From Eubacteriales bacterium (GTDB lineage: Bacteria > Bacillota > Clostridia > Oscillospirales > CAG-272), in assembly GCA_045532575.1 (NCBI GenBank), contig JAZSGE010000148.1, forward strand, positions 1 through 63,062: a stretch of DNA of 63,062 bases. The letters run 5' to 3'. The translations under genes and the position numbers were made by a program. Positions 26,443 to 35,894 of the stretch are shown piece by piece; within the stretch, counting starts at the first letter, position 1; the number at the start of each line of letters is the position of its first letter. The notes beneath the pieces are model-generated. The model ran no database searches and was not told where the DNA came from. It saw nothing but the letters and a program-made list of their open reading frames with translations.

Positions 26443-27064
26443 TTGATCTTTCCTCCGCGATCGTTCGTATATGTTGTATGAGTCGGTTCGTCTCGTATAG
26501 CAGCTCCGCAACGGTGCCGTTGTTTATGAGCACCGCATCGGCTCTCCTAGACAGGATATCGTCCCCGAGCTGTGCCCCGATGCGTGCGGCGGCCTCCTCC
26601 TCGGTCAGCCCATCCCTCGCGGCAAGGCGACGGAGGCGAAGCCGGCGCTCGGCAAGGACGGCCACCACAAAATCGCATTCGCGGTCAAAGCCCGATTCGA
26701 GCAAGAGGGGCGCATTCACAACGGCCATGAGGGCACCGCCCTCCGCTATAGCGGCAAGGCGTTCTCTCAACACACGGAGCACCTCTCCGTGCGTTAAACG
26801 GTCAAGGTCAGCCTTTGCCGCCTTGGCCTCGTCTTTATCGCCAAACACGATCCTCCGCAACGCTACGCGGTCAAGGGCGCCGTCAGGCCGCAAGATCCCG
26901 TCCCCAAAGCGCGCGGCAAGCGCCGCCGTCAGGGGAGACGGTCGATCCACCATCTCATGATACACGGCATCCGCATCGATAACGGGGATCCCTGCCGCCA
27001 GAAAGGCATCGGCAACGGTGTTTTTTCCCGTTCCGCTTCCACCGCAAAGACCGATCGTAAGCAT
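26432..27064 (-). CDS. coaE: Dephospho-CoA kinase
   Basis: Start at MLTIGLCGGSGTGKNTV (P-loop) with an AGGAG RBS 8 nt upstream. 210 aa. Confidence 0.88.
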   Translation of the reverse strand: MLTIGLCGGSGTGKNTVADAFLAAGIPVIDADAVYHEMVDRPSPLTAALAARFGDGILRPDGALDRVALRRIVFGDKDEAKAAKADLDRLTHGEVLRVLRERLAAIAEGGALMAVVNAPLLLESGFDRECDFVVAVLAERRLRLRRLAARDGLTEEEAAARIGAQLGDDILSRRADAVLINNGTVAELLYETNRLIQHIRTIAEERSNGN

Positions 27065-27096
27065 ATGGGCCGCTCCTGTAAACAATTATTATTGTA

Positions 27097-27125
27097 ATTA
27101 TACTACATTTTTCCGCTATTGTCAA
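27097..27125 (-). promoter_or_regulatory. sigmaA consensus promoter for coaE
   Basis: Minus strand: TTGACA, 17 nt, TATAAT. Confidence 0.65.
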
Positions 27126-27191
27126 GGAAAGGGGCGTCGCAACGGGGAAAAAAGAACGCCGAAGGGCCGGAAAAGATTTCCCTCCACTTCC

Positions 27192-27220
27192 TTGACTTCG
27201 CTTTCGGGATATGGTATACT
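27192..27220 (+). promoter_or_regulatory. sigmaA-type promoter for tmcAL
   Basis: TTGACT, 17 nt, TGgTATACT. Confidence 0.65.
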
Positions 27221-27259
27221 TATTGGGTAGATACAAAAACCGTCGGTGGAGGGGTGCGC

Positions 27260-28441
27260 ATGAAGACCGTAGCGATCATCAGCGAATTCAACCCCTTTCA
27301 TAACGGCCACCGCTATCTTGCGGATGAAGTGCGCCGTCACTTCGGCGAGGATACCTGTATCATTGCCCTGATGAGCGGTAATTATACCCAACGCGGCGAT
27401 GTTGCCGTGGCGGATAAATTCACCCGTGCCGCCGCCGCAGTCAGCGGTGGGATCGACCTTGTCCTTGAGATCCCCTTCCCCTATTCGGTCTCAAGCGCGG
27501 AGTTCTACGCCAACGCCGGCGTATCGATGGCCGCCTCCCTCGGTATTGTCGATGCTCTCGCCTTCGGGAGTGAATCCGGTGATATCGGCGCCCTTTCGGC
27601 CGTCGCCGGGAACCTTGCAGCACCCGCGTTTGCCACCGCTCTTGAAGCGGCCCTTGCCGCCTCACCCGAGGAGGGACACGCCACTCTCGTGCAAAGGACC
27701 TACGCCGCCCTGTACGGCGATGACGGCGCCGCGCTCCTCTCTATGCCGAACAATATTCTGGCGATCCGCTACCTTATGGCCAACCGTCGCCTCCCGTCGC
27801 CGCTTGAGGTCTTCACCGTCAAGCGTCTCGGTGGCTATCACGATACATCACTCTCCGCGGTCGCCTCGGCCACCGCGATCCGCGCCGCGCTTGACCGCGA
27901 GGACGGTACGGCGTATGCCGCTATGCCCCCGTCAGCGGCCGCCCTTCTGCGCCGCTCTTTCGAGGCCGGGCAGGCTCCCGCGCGCCTTGACCGCCTCGGG
28001 AGCATCCTACTTTCGTTTTTCAGACTCGCTCCGTGCCACGAGGGGGACGACGTCGGCTATCGCCTGCACGCCGCCGCTCTCCGCGCGGCCGACTTTGAAG
28101 AATTCATAACGCTTGTCGCTACCAAACGCTACACCAACGCCAACCTGCGCCGCGCCATCTGGCACCGCTTTTTCGGTATCACCTCAGCCGATCTTCGGTC
28201 GCCTCCGGCGTATACGCAGGTCCTCGGCACCAATGCCAAAGGCCGTGCGGCCCTCCGCCGCGCCTCGCGCTTATCGTCGCTCGCGCTTCTCACCAAGCCT
28301 GCGGACGGGCGCGCCCTCCCGGGGGAGGCATCACGCCAGGCGGCGGTCTCTCAGCGCGCCGACCTCCTTTATCCCTTAGCCATGCCCGTTCCCGTAGCGG
28401 GTGACTCGGCGATGAAGGCGGCCCCCTATTGCGAGAAATAG
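27260..28441 (+). CDS. tmcAL: tRNA(Met) cytidine acetate ligase (YlbM/UPF0348 nucleotidyltransferase family)
   Basis: Start at MKTVAIISEFNPFHNGHRYL (HxGH-type motif) after GGTGGAGGGG. 393 aa. Confidence 0.8.
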   Translation: MKTVAIISEFNPFHNGHRYLADEVRRHFGEDTCIIALMSGNYTQRGDVAVADKFTRAAAAVSGGIDLVLEIPFPYSVSSAEFYANAGVSMAASLGIVDALAFGSESGDIGALSAVAGNLAAPAFATALEAALAASPEEGHATLVQRTYAALYGDDGAALLSMPNNILAIRYLMANRRLPSPLEVFTVKRLGGYHDTSLSAVASATAIRAALDREDGTAYAAMPPSAAALLRRSFEAGQAPARLDRLGSILLSFFRLAPCHEGDDVGYRLHAAALRAADFEEFITLVATKRYTNANLRRAIWHRFFGITSADLRSPPAYTQVLGTNAKGRAALRRASRLSSLALLTKPADGRALPGEASRQAAVSQRADLLYPLAMPVPVAGDSAMKAAPYCEK

Positions 28442-28486
28442 CGAAATTTCGCGACCGATTTTGCGCGTCTCCTTTTGTCGAATGAA

Positions 28487-28515
28487 TTGACAATTTTTGG
28501 TAGGCGTGATAGGAT
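28487..28515 (+). promoter_or_regulatory. sigmaA-type promoter for the 94-aa gene
   Basis: TTGACA, 17 nt, TGaTAGGAT. Confidence 0.55.
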
Positions 28516-28565
28516 GGTCAGTGAAAAGGACAGGCAGTCATTTTCAATATTTGAAAGGAGCACAC

Positions 28566-28850
28566 ATGGAAGCAATCGGCATCCAAGGCAAGTACCTCGA
28601 GTACAAGGGCAAGCCCCTTGTCCGCCAGGGGAACGAGCTGTATTACGGCGATATGTCCGAGCCCAACTATCTGTTTTTGATGATTATGAACGAGGTTGAG
28701 GATGCGACCCTCAACACGAAGCTTCCCGGCAAGGTGATGATCCAGATCCTCCCTACTGCCGGTGGCTCGCCCGTCAAGCAGAAGGTCGTGGATGGCCTCT
28801 TTGAAGCCTTCGATTTGGGGACTGCCTGGCTCGAAAGAGCAAACAAATAA
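28566..28850 (+). CDS. Small hypothetical protein (94 aa)
   Basis: Start at MEAIGIQGKYLEY after an AAAGGAG RBS. I recognise no motif. Confidence 0.5.
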   Translation: MEAIGIQGKYLEYKGKPLVRQGNELYYGDMSEPNYLFLMIMNEVEDATLNTKLPGKVMIQILPTAGGSPVKQKVVDGLFEAFDLGTAWLERANK

Positions 28851-28901
28851 TCCGAGTTTTCCTTTTCAATTGCCGGTCAAACGACCGAGGAGGTAGCAAT
28901 T

Positions 28902-30032
28902 GTGAAGAAGAACCAGCATCCATCCCCCCTTCCCTACAAAACGGTATTCGCATGTCTATCCACCCTCCTTTTGCTCGTACTGCTCGCCTCGTGTGAAATG
29001 CAGTCGATCGTCGGGAATTGGCGGAATGACGGTGCGGATACCGTTTATCATTCTCTCGAGGTAACAACGACTCTTCAAGCGACAACGACAGAGCCGCCGG
29101 TGACGGATCCGCCCGTGACCGAGGCGCCGCCCCCGGTGACGACCGCCCCTCCCCCCGTGACAGAGCCCCCCGAGGAGACCGCGTATCTCCCCCTTATAGG
29201 CCTTCCCTGCTCTCCGAGCGTTGCCGCCCTGCGTCCGCTTTCCTTTTGCACAAGGAGCGCCGCCGGCGCCGTGATCGCGGCGGCCGATCTTGTGATCGAG
29301 GCCCCCACCGAGGCATCATCGACCCGTCTTCTTTTGATGAAAAGCGGCGGGCTTTCGCTCTTTGAAGACTGCGAGATCGCCTCGATCCGCCCCTATATGG
29401 CGGCGCTGTCTCACGACTTTTTTGGCCTCTCGGTCTACCGTGGAACCTCGGATATCGGGCGTGAAAGCGCAAGCTTTCTTTACGAAACCGTCGATCTTTC
29501 GCTCGTTTCGGTCAAGGAAGAGGCCGCAGCGCTCGATGCCGCCATTCAAGAGGCGGGGCATCAAACCGTGATCTCGGGCACGATCGCCCTGCCGTATACC
29601 CTGTGCGATATCGGCAAAACGACAACGCCGACCGAGGCCACCTCGACCTATGTCTCGATCCCCTATAATTCCACCGCCGCCACCGCCTTTACTTACGATC
29701 CACTCGCCAAGTCCTATACCATGCGCTCGGGACCGGCGCTCCGCGAGGGGAGCACTGCCCTCCCTGCCTTCAAGAACCTTTTGATCCTCTTTTTCGATTC
29801 CACGCGCCGTGTCGGGCGTGACGGCGTTGAGCTCACCCTCGATACCGAGCTCGGCGGCACCGGCTATTATGTTACCGAGGGGGGCGTTGTGAGCGTTTTC
29901 TGGCGGCGCGACCCCGTCACCTCCGGGCTCTGTATCACCGATACGGACGGTGTCGCCATCACCGTCAACCGCGGCAAGACCTATCTTGGCATGACCACCT
30001 ACGAGCACCGTGATCGTCTCATTCTCAATTAA
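28902..30032 (+). CDS. Lipoprotein with a Pro/Thr-rich linker and a DUF3048 (YerB)-like domain
   Basis: GTG start after GAGGAGG. LLLVLLASC is a lipobox. An (E/D)PPVT linker is followed by a globular ~300-aa domain. Confidence 0.6.
   Translation: MKKNQHPSPLPYKTVFACLSTLLLLVLLASCEMQSIVGNWRNDGADTVYHSLEVTTTLQATTTEPPVTDPPVTEAPPPVTTAPPPVTEPPEETAYLPLIGLPCSPSVAALRPLSFCTRSAAGAVIAAADLVIEAPTEASSTRLLLMKSGGLSLFEDCEIASIRPYMAALSHDFFGLSVYRGTSDIGRESASFLYETVDLSLVSVKEEAAALDAAIQEAGHQTVISGTIALPYTLCDIGKTTTPTEATSTYVSIPYNSTAATAFTYDPLAKSYTMRSGPALREGSTALPAFKNLLILFFDSTRRVGRDGVELTLDTELGGTGYYVTEGGVVSVFWRRDPVTSGLCITDTDGVAITVNRGKTYLGMTTYEHRDRLILN
29091..29173 (+). repeat. Imperfect tandem 12-15-nt repeats encoding the PPVT linker
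   Basis: gagccgccggtgacg / gatccgcccgtgacc / gaggcgccgcccccggtgacg / accgcccctccccccgtgaca. Confidence 0.7.
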
Positions 30033-30067
30033 AAAAGGACGGAGAACTCTGTTCTCCGTCCTTTTTT
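30031..30067. terminator. Bidirectional terminator between the DUF3048 gene and galE
   Basis: A6-ggacggagaac-tct-gttctccgtcc-T6. Confidence 0.9.
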
Positions 30068-30074
30068 ATAAGGA

Positions 30075-31094
30075 TCAGTCGTTCGGATAGCCGTCGGGAT
30101 TCTGGCTCTGCCAGCGCGCGGCATCCACGCACATTCTCTTGATGTCGTACATGGCACGCCAGCCAAGGACCGACTCGGCCTTCTCGGGATTGGCGTAGCA
30201 GGCGCCGATGTCGCCGGGGCGGCGAGGAGCGATCTCGTACTTCACAGGGCGGCCCGAGGCCTCCTCAAAGGCCTTCACGACCTCAAGCACCGAATAGCCG
30301 TTCCCCGTACCGATATTGAAATAATCGATCCCGCGGAAGCTCTCGGTAAAGTCGAGGGCCGACAGATGCGCACGGGCAAGATCGACCACGTGAATGTAGT
30401 CACGCACACCGGTGCCGTCGGGCGTATCGTAATCGTTACCGAAGACCTTGAGGCAAGCCAGCTTGCCGAAGGCGACCTTCGAGATGTAGGGCAAAAGGTT
30501 GTTCGGGATGCCACAGGGGTCCTCACCGATCAGACCGCTCTCATGAGCGCCGATCGGGTTGAAGTAGCGCAGGATGGCGACCGAGAACTCGGGGACCGCC
30601 ACCGTCACATCCTTCAGAATGCGCTCGATCATCAGCTTGGTCTCACCGTAGGGATTGGTGGTCGAAAGCGGAAAATCCTCCGAGATCGGAACGCTCTTCG
30701 GCAGACCGTACACCGTCGCCGAGGAGGAGAACACGATGCGATACACGCCGTGCGCGATCATCTCCTCGCAGAGGTTGAAGGTCCCCGTCAAATTGTTGTG
30801 ATAATACCGCAGAGGAATGCTCACCGATTCCCCCACCGCCTTAAGACCGGCAAAGTGGATCACAGAGTCGATCTCGGGGTGTGCATCAAACACACGGGCG
30901 AGCGCCGCACGGTCAAGCAGATCGACCTCATAAAAGGTCGGGCGCTTGCCGGTGATGGTCTCGATGCGGTCGAGAACACAGCGCTTACTGTTGCAAAGAT
31001 TATCAACGATAATGACCTCTTTGCCGATCCCGAGGAGCTCCACCACGGTATGCGAGCCGATAAAACCGGTACCGCCGGTAACTAAAATAGCCAT
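30075..31094 (-). CDS. galE: UDP-glucose 4-epimerase
   Basis: 339 aa. GGTGFIGSH Rossmann motif, YGxxK catalytic motif (YGETK). Confidence 0.93.
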   Translation of the reverse strand: MAILVTGGTGFIGSHTVVELLGIGKEVIIVDNLCNSKRCVLDRIETITGKRPTFYEVDLLDRAALARVFDAHPEIDSVIHFAGLKAVGESVSIPLRYYHNNLTGTFNLCEEMIAHGVYRIVFSSSATVYGLPKSVPISEDFPLSTTNPYGETKLMIERILKDVTVAVPEFSVAILRYFNPIGAHESGLIGEDPCGIPNNLLPYISKVAFGKLACLKVFGNDYDTPDGTGVRDYIHVVDLARAHLSALDFTESFRGIDYFNIGTGNGYSVLEVVKAFEEASGRPVKYEIAPRRPGDIGACYANPEKAESVLGWRAMYDIKRMCVDAARWQSQNPDGYPND

Positions 31095-31111
31095 AACCCA
31101 TCCTCCTTAGC

Positions 31112-31138
31112 AAAAAAAGAGCGAACCGCTCTTTTTTT
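31112..31138. terminator. Terminator after rpmA (bidirectional geometry)
   Basis: A7-agagcg-aac-cgctct-T7. Confidence 0.8.
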
Positions 31139-31149
31139 ACTGTTATCAA

Positions 31150-31431
31150 TTATTCAGCAGCGTATACGCTGACACGCTTCTTATCCTTGGTAACGTGCTC
31201 AAACTTGACCGTGCCGTCGATAAGCGCAAACAGCGTATCGTCCGAGCCAAGGCCAACGTTCAGGCCGGGGGCGATCTTCGTGCCGCGCTGACGGACAAGG
31301 ATGTTGCCCGCAGTCACGAACTGACCGTCCGCACGCTTCACACCGAGGCGCTTGGATTCGCTGTCACGGCCGTTTTTGGTAGAACCAACGCCCTTTTTGT
31401 GGGCAAAAAACTGCAAACTGAGCTTCAGCAT
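31150..31431 (-). CDS. rpmA: 50S ribosomal protein L27 with the Firmicute N-terminal propeptide
   Basis: [24 protein letters not shown]. Start chosen at ATG 31431 (GAGGAAGAG RBS). The track ORF adds 5 codons. Confidence 0.92.
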   Translation of the reverse strand: MLKLSLQFFAHKKGVGSTKNGRDSESKRLGVKRADGQFVTAGNILVRQRGTKIAPGLNVGLGSDDTLFALIDGTVKFEHVTKDKKRVSVYAAE

Positions 31432-31459
31432 CTTCTCTTCCTCCATATTGTGTTGGGGC

Positions 31460-31816
31460 TTACATCGGTCGCTCGATCACATCCACCGAGAGGTAATCGT
31501 AATACTCCTCGATGAGATCGTTGAGCTGATAGTAGTAAGCCATGATAAGACCGGACACGGCAAACCGCTTGCTTTCGTCCTCCTCGTATGCCGGGAGAGC
31601 GCCCTTCGCGATCAGTCGGATGTCGGTAGTCTCCTCGTCGATCGTATACTCGACGTCGGATGCGTAGGAGACCTCAATGGCATTGATGATAAGCATCGTC
31701 ATTGCCGAGAGTGCCGAGCAGAGGACGTCGTCCCCCGATTCACCGTATCCGGTGTGGCCCTGCTCCTCAAATCCGTAAAAGACTCCGTCGGTCTTATAAA
31801 AGACGATCTTGGTCAT
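31460..31816 (-). CDS. prp: Ribosomal-processing cysteine protease Prp
   Basis: 118 aa. [20 protein letters not shown] contains the catalytic His/Cys. It sits between rplU and rpmA. Confidence 0.88.
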   Translation of the reverse strand: MTKIVFYKTDGVFYGFEEQGHTGYGESGDDVLCSALSAMTMLIINAIEVSYASDVEYTIDEETTDIRLIAKGALPAYEEDESKRFAVSGLIMAYYYQLNDLIEEYYDYLSVDVIERPM

Positions 31817-31818
31817 AC

Positions 31819-32127
31819 TTACGCGTTGATCTTCTCGATCTGGACCTTGGTGTAGAACTGCCGATGACCGATCTTCTTCTTCTCGTTCTTCTTCGGCTTG
31901 TACTTCATAACGTAGATCTTCTTACCCTTGTCCGTCTTGATGACGTTCGCGGTAACGGTAGCACCCTCAACATAAGGAGTGCCGGCCTTGAAGTCCTCGC
32001 CGGAGACGGCAAGCACCTTGTCAAACGTCACGGTCTCGCCATCCGCCACATCGAGCTTCTCGATGAAGATGACATCACCCTCGTTGACCTTGTACTGTTT
32101 TCCACCCGTTTCGATAACTGCAAACAC
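31819..32127 (-). CDS. rplU: 50S ribosomal protein L21
   Basis: GTG start. [18 protein letters not shown]. Confidence 0.95.
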   Translation of the reverse strand: MFAVIETGGKQYKVNEGDVIFIEKLDVADGETVTFDKVLAVSGEDFKAGTPYVEGATVTANVIKTDKGKKIYVMKYKPKKNEKKKIGHRQFYTKVQIEKINA

Positions 32128-32205
32128 AGAAAAGCACCTCGCTTTCTTTCATAATCGCTACGCAAGGCGGCACGAAGCACTTACGGCCTTGCAATATGCG
32201 TCAAT
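32128..32205 (-). promoter_or_regulatory. Structured 5' leader of rplU (possible L21 leader)
   Basis: About 78-nt UTR between the consensus promoter and the GTG. Contains the hairpin gcaaggc..gccttgc. Confidence 0.35.
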
Positions 32206-32207
32206 AT

Positions 32208-32236
32208 ATTATATAACTTTCCCCTTGGCTTGTCAA
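32208..32236 (-). promoter_or_regulatory. sigmaA consensus promoter for rplU-prp-rpmA
   Basis: Minus strand: TTGACA, 17 nt, TATAAT. Confidence 0.75.
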
Positions 32237-32286
32237 GGGATATTTTCAAAAATCCGAAGATTTTTTCAAAGAAAGCGATTTCTGTC

Positions 32287-32700
32287 TCACTCGCCCTTGG
32301 CGATGCGGTCAAGCTCGGCAAGATAGGCGGTAATATCGACCTCGGTGCCCTCGGCCTGGAGGCGCTCGAGCTTATAGTAGTCCCGATCCTCACGGGAGAA
32401 GATATGTGCGATCACGGTGCCAAAATCGAGCAGGATCCACGTGGCGGTATCACGCCCCTCAACGTGTGCGGCGTGCACGCCACCCTCCTCCAGCTTGTAG
32501 CAGGCCTCATCCGCAAGCGCGCGGACGTGCGTCGTCGAGCGCCCGGTGCAGATCACGTAATAATCGGTAATGATGGTGTGATCCTCCACGTGATACAGCC
32601 TGACATCAAAGCCCTGCTTTTCGTAAAGGGCGCGCACCGTCTCGAGGGCGAGCTCATAGGGCGACACGGCGGTAAGATCGATCTTTTCCTTGTTTTCCAT
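32287..32700 (-). CDS. rsfS: Ribosome silencing factor
   Basis: 137 aa. TDYYVICTGRSTTHVRALAD is the Iojap/RsfS signature. Confidence 0.9.
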   Translation of the reverse strand: MENKEKIDLTAVSPYELALETVRALYEKQGFDVRLYHVEDHTIITDYYVICTGRSTTHVRALADEACYKLEEGGVHAAHVEGRDTATWILLDFGTVIAHIFSREDRDYYKLERLQAEGTEVDITAYLAELDRIAKGE

Positions 32701-32709
32701 GGTATTTCC

Positions 32710-33714
32710 TCACTTTTGTTTGGTCTTTACATCAAGATCCCCGATCGTATCCTCGGTGTATACCGTATACGAGCAGTTCTTGTCATGATAGATATTTTTG
32801 AAGCTGAGCCGTGCCTCGTCAAGCAGAGCTCCGTGGGCATCAAAGGGCTCTTTGGCGCCGAAATAAAGGCTCATTACCTCGGCCGCCGACGGGTGGTTGG
32901 CCACATAATACCAGCGCCCGTCCTCCTCCCCGTAGGTGGCCTCGCCGGGGAGAGTAAGGAGCCGAGCACGCAGGCCTTCACGCTCACGGAGCACGGTTTT
33001 TGCGTAGGCGATCCCCTCGGAAAGCGGCATATCGGTCACAAGGCTCGGGTACACCTTCGGGACGAGAGTGAGCATCGCAGGGAGCGTGAGCTCGCTCTTG
33101 GCCTTGCGGTATATTGCCATAAGAAGGAGCTTCTGGGCATCCATCCGCCCAAGATCCCCCTCCACATACGCCGAGCGGAAGCGGATAAAGCGCAGGGCCT
33201 CCTTGCCCCCGAGGAGCTGCTCTCCGGCAGGTATCTCGTGATAGGTGTCGCCCTCACGGTACCCGATGGGCGCCGGGAGCGAGACCGAAACGCCGCCGAG
33301 TGCATCCACAAGCGCCGCAAAGGCCTCGGTCCCCACCGCGGCAAAGCGATCCACCGTGATCCCAAAGCAGCGGGAAAGCTCGTCGCACAGCGCGCCGAGC
33401 GCCTCCTCGCGTGACATTCCGCGGGCAAGGTACGTGGGATAGAGACCGTTCAGCTTTCCCGCATACCCTTCGGTATGAAAATAGGTATCGCGCGGGAGCT
33501 GGAGCACCGTGATCCCTGTACTTTCGGGATCCAGCCGCACCAGCATGAGAACATCGGTATTCGCGGCCGCATCGTCAAAGCCGGCCACAAGGCACGTCAG
33601 CGCCCCCTCCGCGGCAGAGGCCTCACGGCTCTCCTTGGCCGCAGGCACAAAAACCGCCGCCAGAAGCGACACCGCCATAAGACAAAAAATCAAACTATAT
33701 CCGAACCTTCGCAT
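32710..33714 (-). CDS. LytR-CpsA-Psr (LCP) family protein
   Basis: Start at MRRFGYSLIF after a GAGGTG RBS. TDVLMLVRLDP and LQLPRDTY motifs. Confidence 0.85.
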   Translation of the reverse strand: MRRFGYSLIFCLMAVSLLAAVFVPAAKESREASAAEGALTCLVAGFDDAAANTDVLMLVRLDPESTGITVLQLPRDTYFHTEGYAGKLNGLYPTYLARGMSREEALGALCDELSRCFGITVDRFAAVGTEAFAALVDALGGVSVSLPAPIGYREGDTYHEIPAGEQLLGGKEALRFIRFRSAYVEGDLGRMDAQKLLLMAIYRKAKSELTLPAMLTLVPKVYPSLVTDMPLSEGIAYAKTVLREREGLRARLLTLPGEATYGEEDGRWYYVANHPSAAEVMSLYFGAKEPFDAHGALLDEARLSFKNIYHDKNCSYTVYTEDTIGDLDVKTKQK

Positions 33715-33777
33715 AGTACACCTCACCTTTATGACTAGTGTGGCGCAAAGGTCGGTAATTTAGCAAAGATAGTTTTA

Positions 33778-34392
33778 CTATTCGCGGAGAATACTGTCAA
33801 ACCACGCGATGGCCTCGGTCGTCCGCGAAAATACGGTGCCGCCGCGCGCCGTCACCTCGTCCACGGTCATCGCTAAGGCACGGCGCACGGTCCTATGCAG
33901 ATGGCGGAGCTTGTCGCTTGCCGTCTTGTAGCCACGGAGGAAGTCCTCGCGCAGTGCGCGGCATTCGGGATAGGTACGGGTCGGCTCGATATAATCGGCA
34001 AGATATAAGAGCTCGTCAAACACCGTCATCTCGCGTGCACCCGTGGTATGCCGCTCGATCGCCGTAACGATCTCGCGATCGGTCAGCGCAGAAAACTCAC
34101 GGGAGGCAAGGAAGGCCCCTGTTTTGGCGTGCAAAATACGCGGAACAGCGCGCTCCTCGGGCGTTAGGGGGATCCCATGGCGCTCACAGTATTCGATCTG
34201 CGCCTCGGGTGTCCATTCCTTGGTCACATCGTGCAAAAGCGCCGCAATGCGCAGGCGCTGGAGGTCGTTCGGCAAATAGCGCTCGCCAAGCTCCACGATC
34301 GCACTTTCTACCCCTAAGGTATGAGAAAAGCGCCGTGAGCCGATCCGCTCGGAGACCGCCGTCCTGAGCTTTAAGAATCGTTCTTCCGTCAT
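33778..34392 (-). CDS. yqeK: HD-domain bis(5'-nucleosyl)-tetraphosphatase YqeK
   Basis: 204 aa. The HD motif is in LLHDVTKE. Conserved position after nadD. Confidence 0.85.
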   Translation of the reverse strand: MTEERFLKLRTAVSERIGSRRFSHTLGVESAIVELGERYLPNDLQRLRIAALLHDVTKEWTPEAQIEYCERHGIPLTPEERAVPRILHAKTGAFLASREFSALTDREIVTAIERHTTGAREMTVFDELLYLADYIEPTRTYPECRALREDFLRGYKTASDKLRHLHRTVRRALAMTVDEVTARGGTVFSRTTEAIAWFDSILRE

Positions 34393-35003
34393 GCGCGATA
34401 CAGCCCCCGTTCCTTAATGTACTCCGCGACCTCGGGGGTGAGCACGGTGTCCGTTTCGCCACCCGAGTGAAGCAACGCGCGCACCTCGGTCGAGGACACG
34501 CGCAGGGGCGGCTCGCCGATCATGCTTACACGGGCACCGAAGCGGTGCTTGTACATCGCGGCCGTCGCCTCGATCGACTGCCGCGCCTCGTCCTCGTCCT
34601 CGCGGCGCATGAGCGCAATATCGGCAAGGCGGAAGATCTCCTCGGCGCGGTACCACGTGCCGAGCGACAGGAACATATCGGTTCCCACCAGCATCACAAG
34701 GCGGCGCCCCTTGCGGGTAAGCTCCCGCAGGGTAAGCACGGTATAGCTCTTGCCCGCGCGGCGAAACTCCATATCCGATACCTCGGTGCGCGGAATGTGC
34801 GAAAAGGCAAGGCGGCACATCGCCAGCCGATCCTCGTCGGAGGCACCGTCAACCGGCGCCTTATGCGGCGACACCGACGACGGTAGGATCAGGAGCTTAT
34901 CGGGCTCAACAGCCCGAAAAAAGGCTTCCGCCGCACGGACGTGTCCCCGGTGCGGCGGCGAGAAGGCGCCCCCATACAGGGCGATGGTCTCTTCGTTTCT
35001 CAT
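34389..35003 (-). CDS. nadD: Nicotinate-nucleotide adenylyltransferase
   Basis: YGGAFSPPHRGH is the (H/T)xGH motif. 204 aa. Confidence 0.9.
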   Translation of the reverse strand: MRNEETIALYGGAFSPPHRGHVRAAEAFFRAVEPDKLLILPSSVSPHKAPVDGASDEDRLAMCRLAFSHIPRTEVSDMEFRRAGKSYTVLTLRELTRKGRRLVMLVGTDMFLSLGTWYRAEEIFRLADIALMRREDEDEARQSIEATAAMYKHRFGARVSMIGEPPLRVSSTEVRALLHSGGETDTVLTPEVAEYIKERGLYRA

Positions 35004-35290
35004 GGCAGCTCGATCTGTTTCTTTTCCTCGGATTCTTTGTAAAGAACGAATTTGGAGCCCACCACGGCAACCACCTCGGCACCGACATGCGCGGCCAGCT
35101 CCTCCGCCGCCTCACGGGCGGTGCAGGGGGCATTTTCGAGCGCATGGACCTTGATGAGCTCACGGGCCTCAAGGGCATTCGCGATGCCTATGCAAAGCTC
35201 CTCCCCAATGCCGCTCTTCCCCACCTGAAAAATGGGGGAAAGGCTGTGGGCGAGCGAGCGCAGATAGGCTCTTTGCTTGCTTGTCAGCAT
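35000..35290 (-). CDS. yhbY: RNA-binding protein YhbY (CRM domain)
   Basis: 96 aa. MLTSKQRAYLRSLAHSLSPIFQVGKSGI. Confidence 0.88.
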   Translation of the reverse strand: MLTSKQRAYLRSLAHSLSPIFQVGKSGIGEELCIGIANALEARELIKVHALENAPCTAREAAEELAAHVGAEVVAVVGSKFVLYKESEEKKQIELP

Positions 35291-35291
35291 A

Positions 35292-35894
35292 TCACACCTC
35301 TACGATCTTATCGGCAAAACGGTCAAGGAAAGCGCGGACAGCCTTTCCACGATGGCTGATGGCATCCTTTTCCTCGGCCGTGATCTCGGCAAAGGTCTTG
35401 TCGAGCGCGGGGACAAAAAACAAAGGATCATAGCCGAAGCCGCCGTTCCCGCGCGGTGTCATCAGGATCACACCCTCGCAGGTGCCTCTCGCTAAAAATT
35501 CGCGCCCGTCGGGGCACACGCAGGCAATGACGGAAACATACCGCGCCGTGCGCTTCTCTGCCTCGACCGAGGCCATCTCGGAAAGCAGGCGCTCGTTGTT
35601 GCGCGCATCGTTGCAGGGCTCCCCCGCATAGCGCGCCGAGTATACCCCGGGGCGCCCGTCGAGGGCATCCACCTCGAGGCCCGAGTCGTCCGCAAAGGAA
35701 TAGCGGTCGGGCGCCGCGCCGAAGCGCGCCTTCAGGAGTGCATTCTCCTCAAAGGTCTCGCCGGTCTCCTCGGCATCACCGAAGATCCCGACCTCATCGA
35801 GCGAAAGGAGCTCAAGCCCCTCAATGCACTCGCCAAGAAGCCTCTGCATCTCCACGATCTTCTTTTTATTACGGGAAGAAAGGACAGCCTTCAT
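35292..35894 (-). CDS. rdgB: Non-canonical purine NTP pyrophosphatase (RdgB/HAM1)
   Basis: 200 aa. SRNKKKIVE, FADDSGLEVDAL and GFGYDPLF motifs. Confidence 0.9.
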   Translation of the reverse strand: MKAVLSSRNKKKIVEMQRLLGECIEGLELLSLDEVGIFGDAEETGETFEENALLKARFGAAPDRYSFADDSGLEVDALDGRPGVYSARYAGEPCNDARNNERLLSEMASVEAEKRTARYVSVIACVCPDGREFLARGTCEGVILMTPRGNGGFGYDPLFFVPALDKTFAEITAEEKDAISHRGKAVRAFLDRFADKIVEV

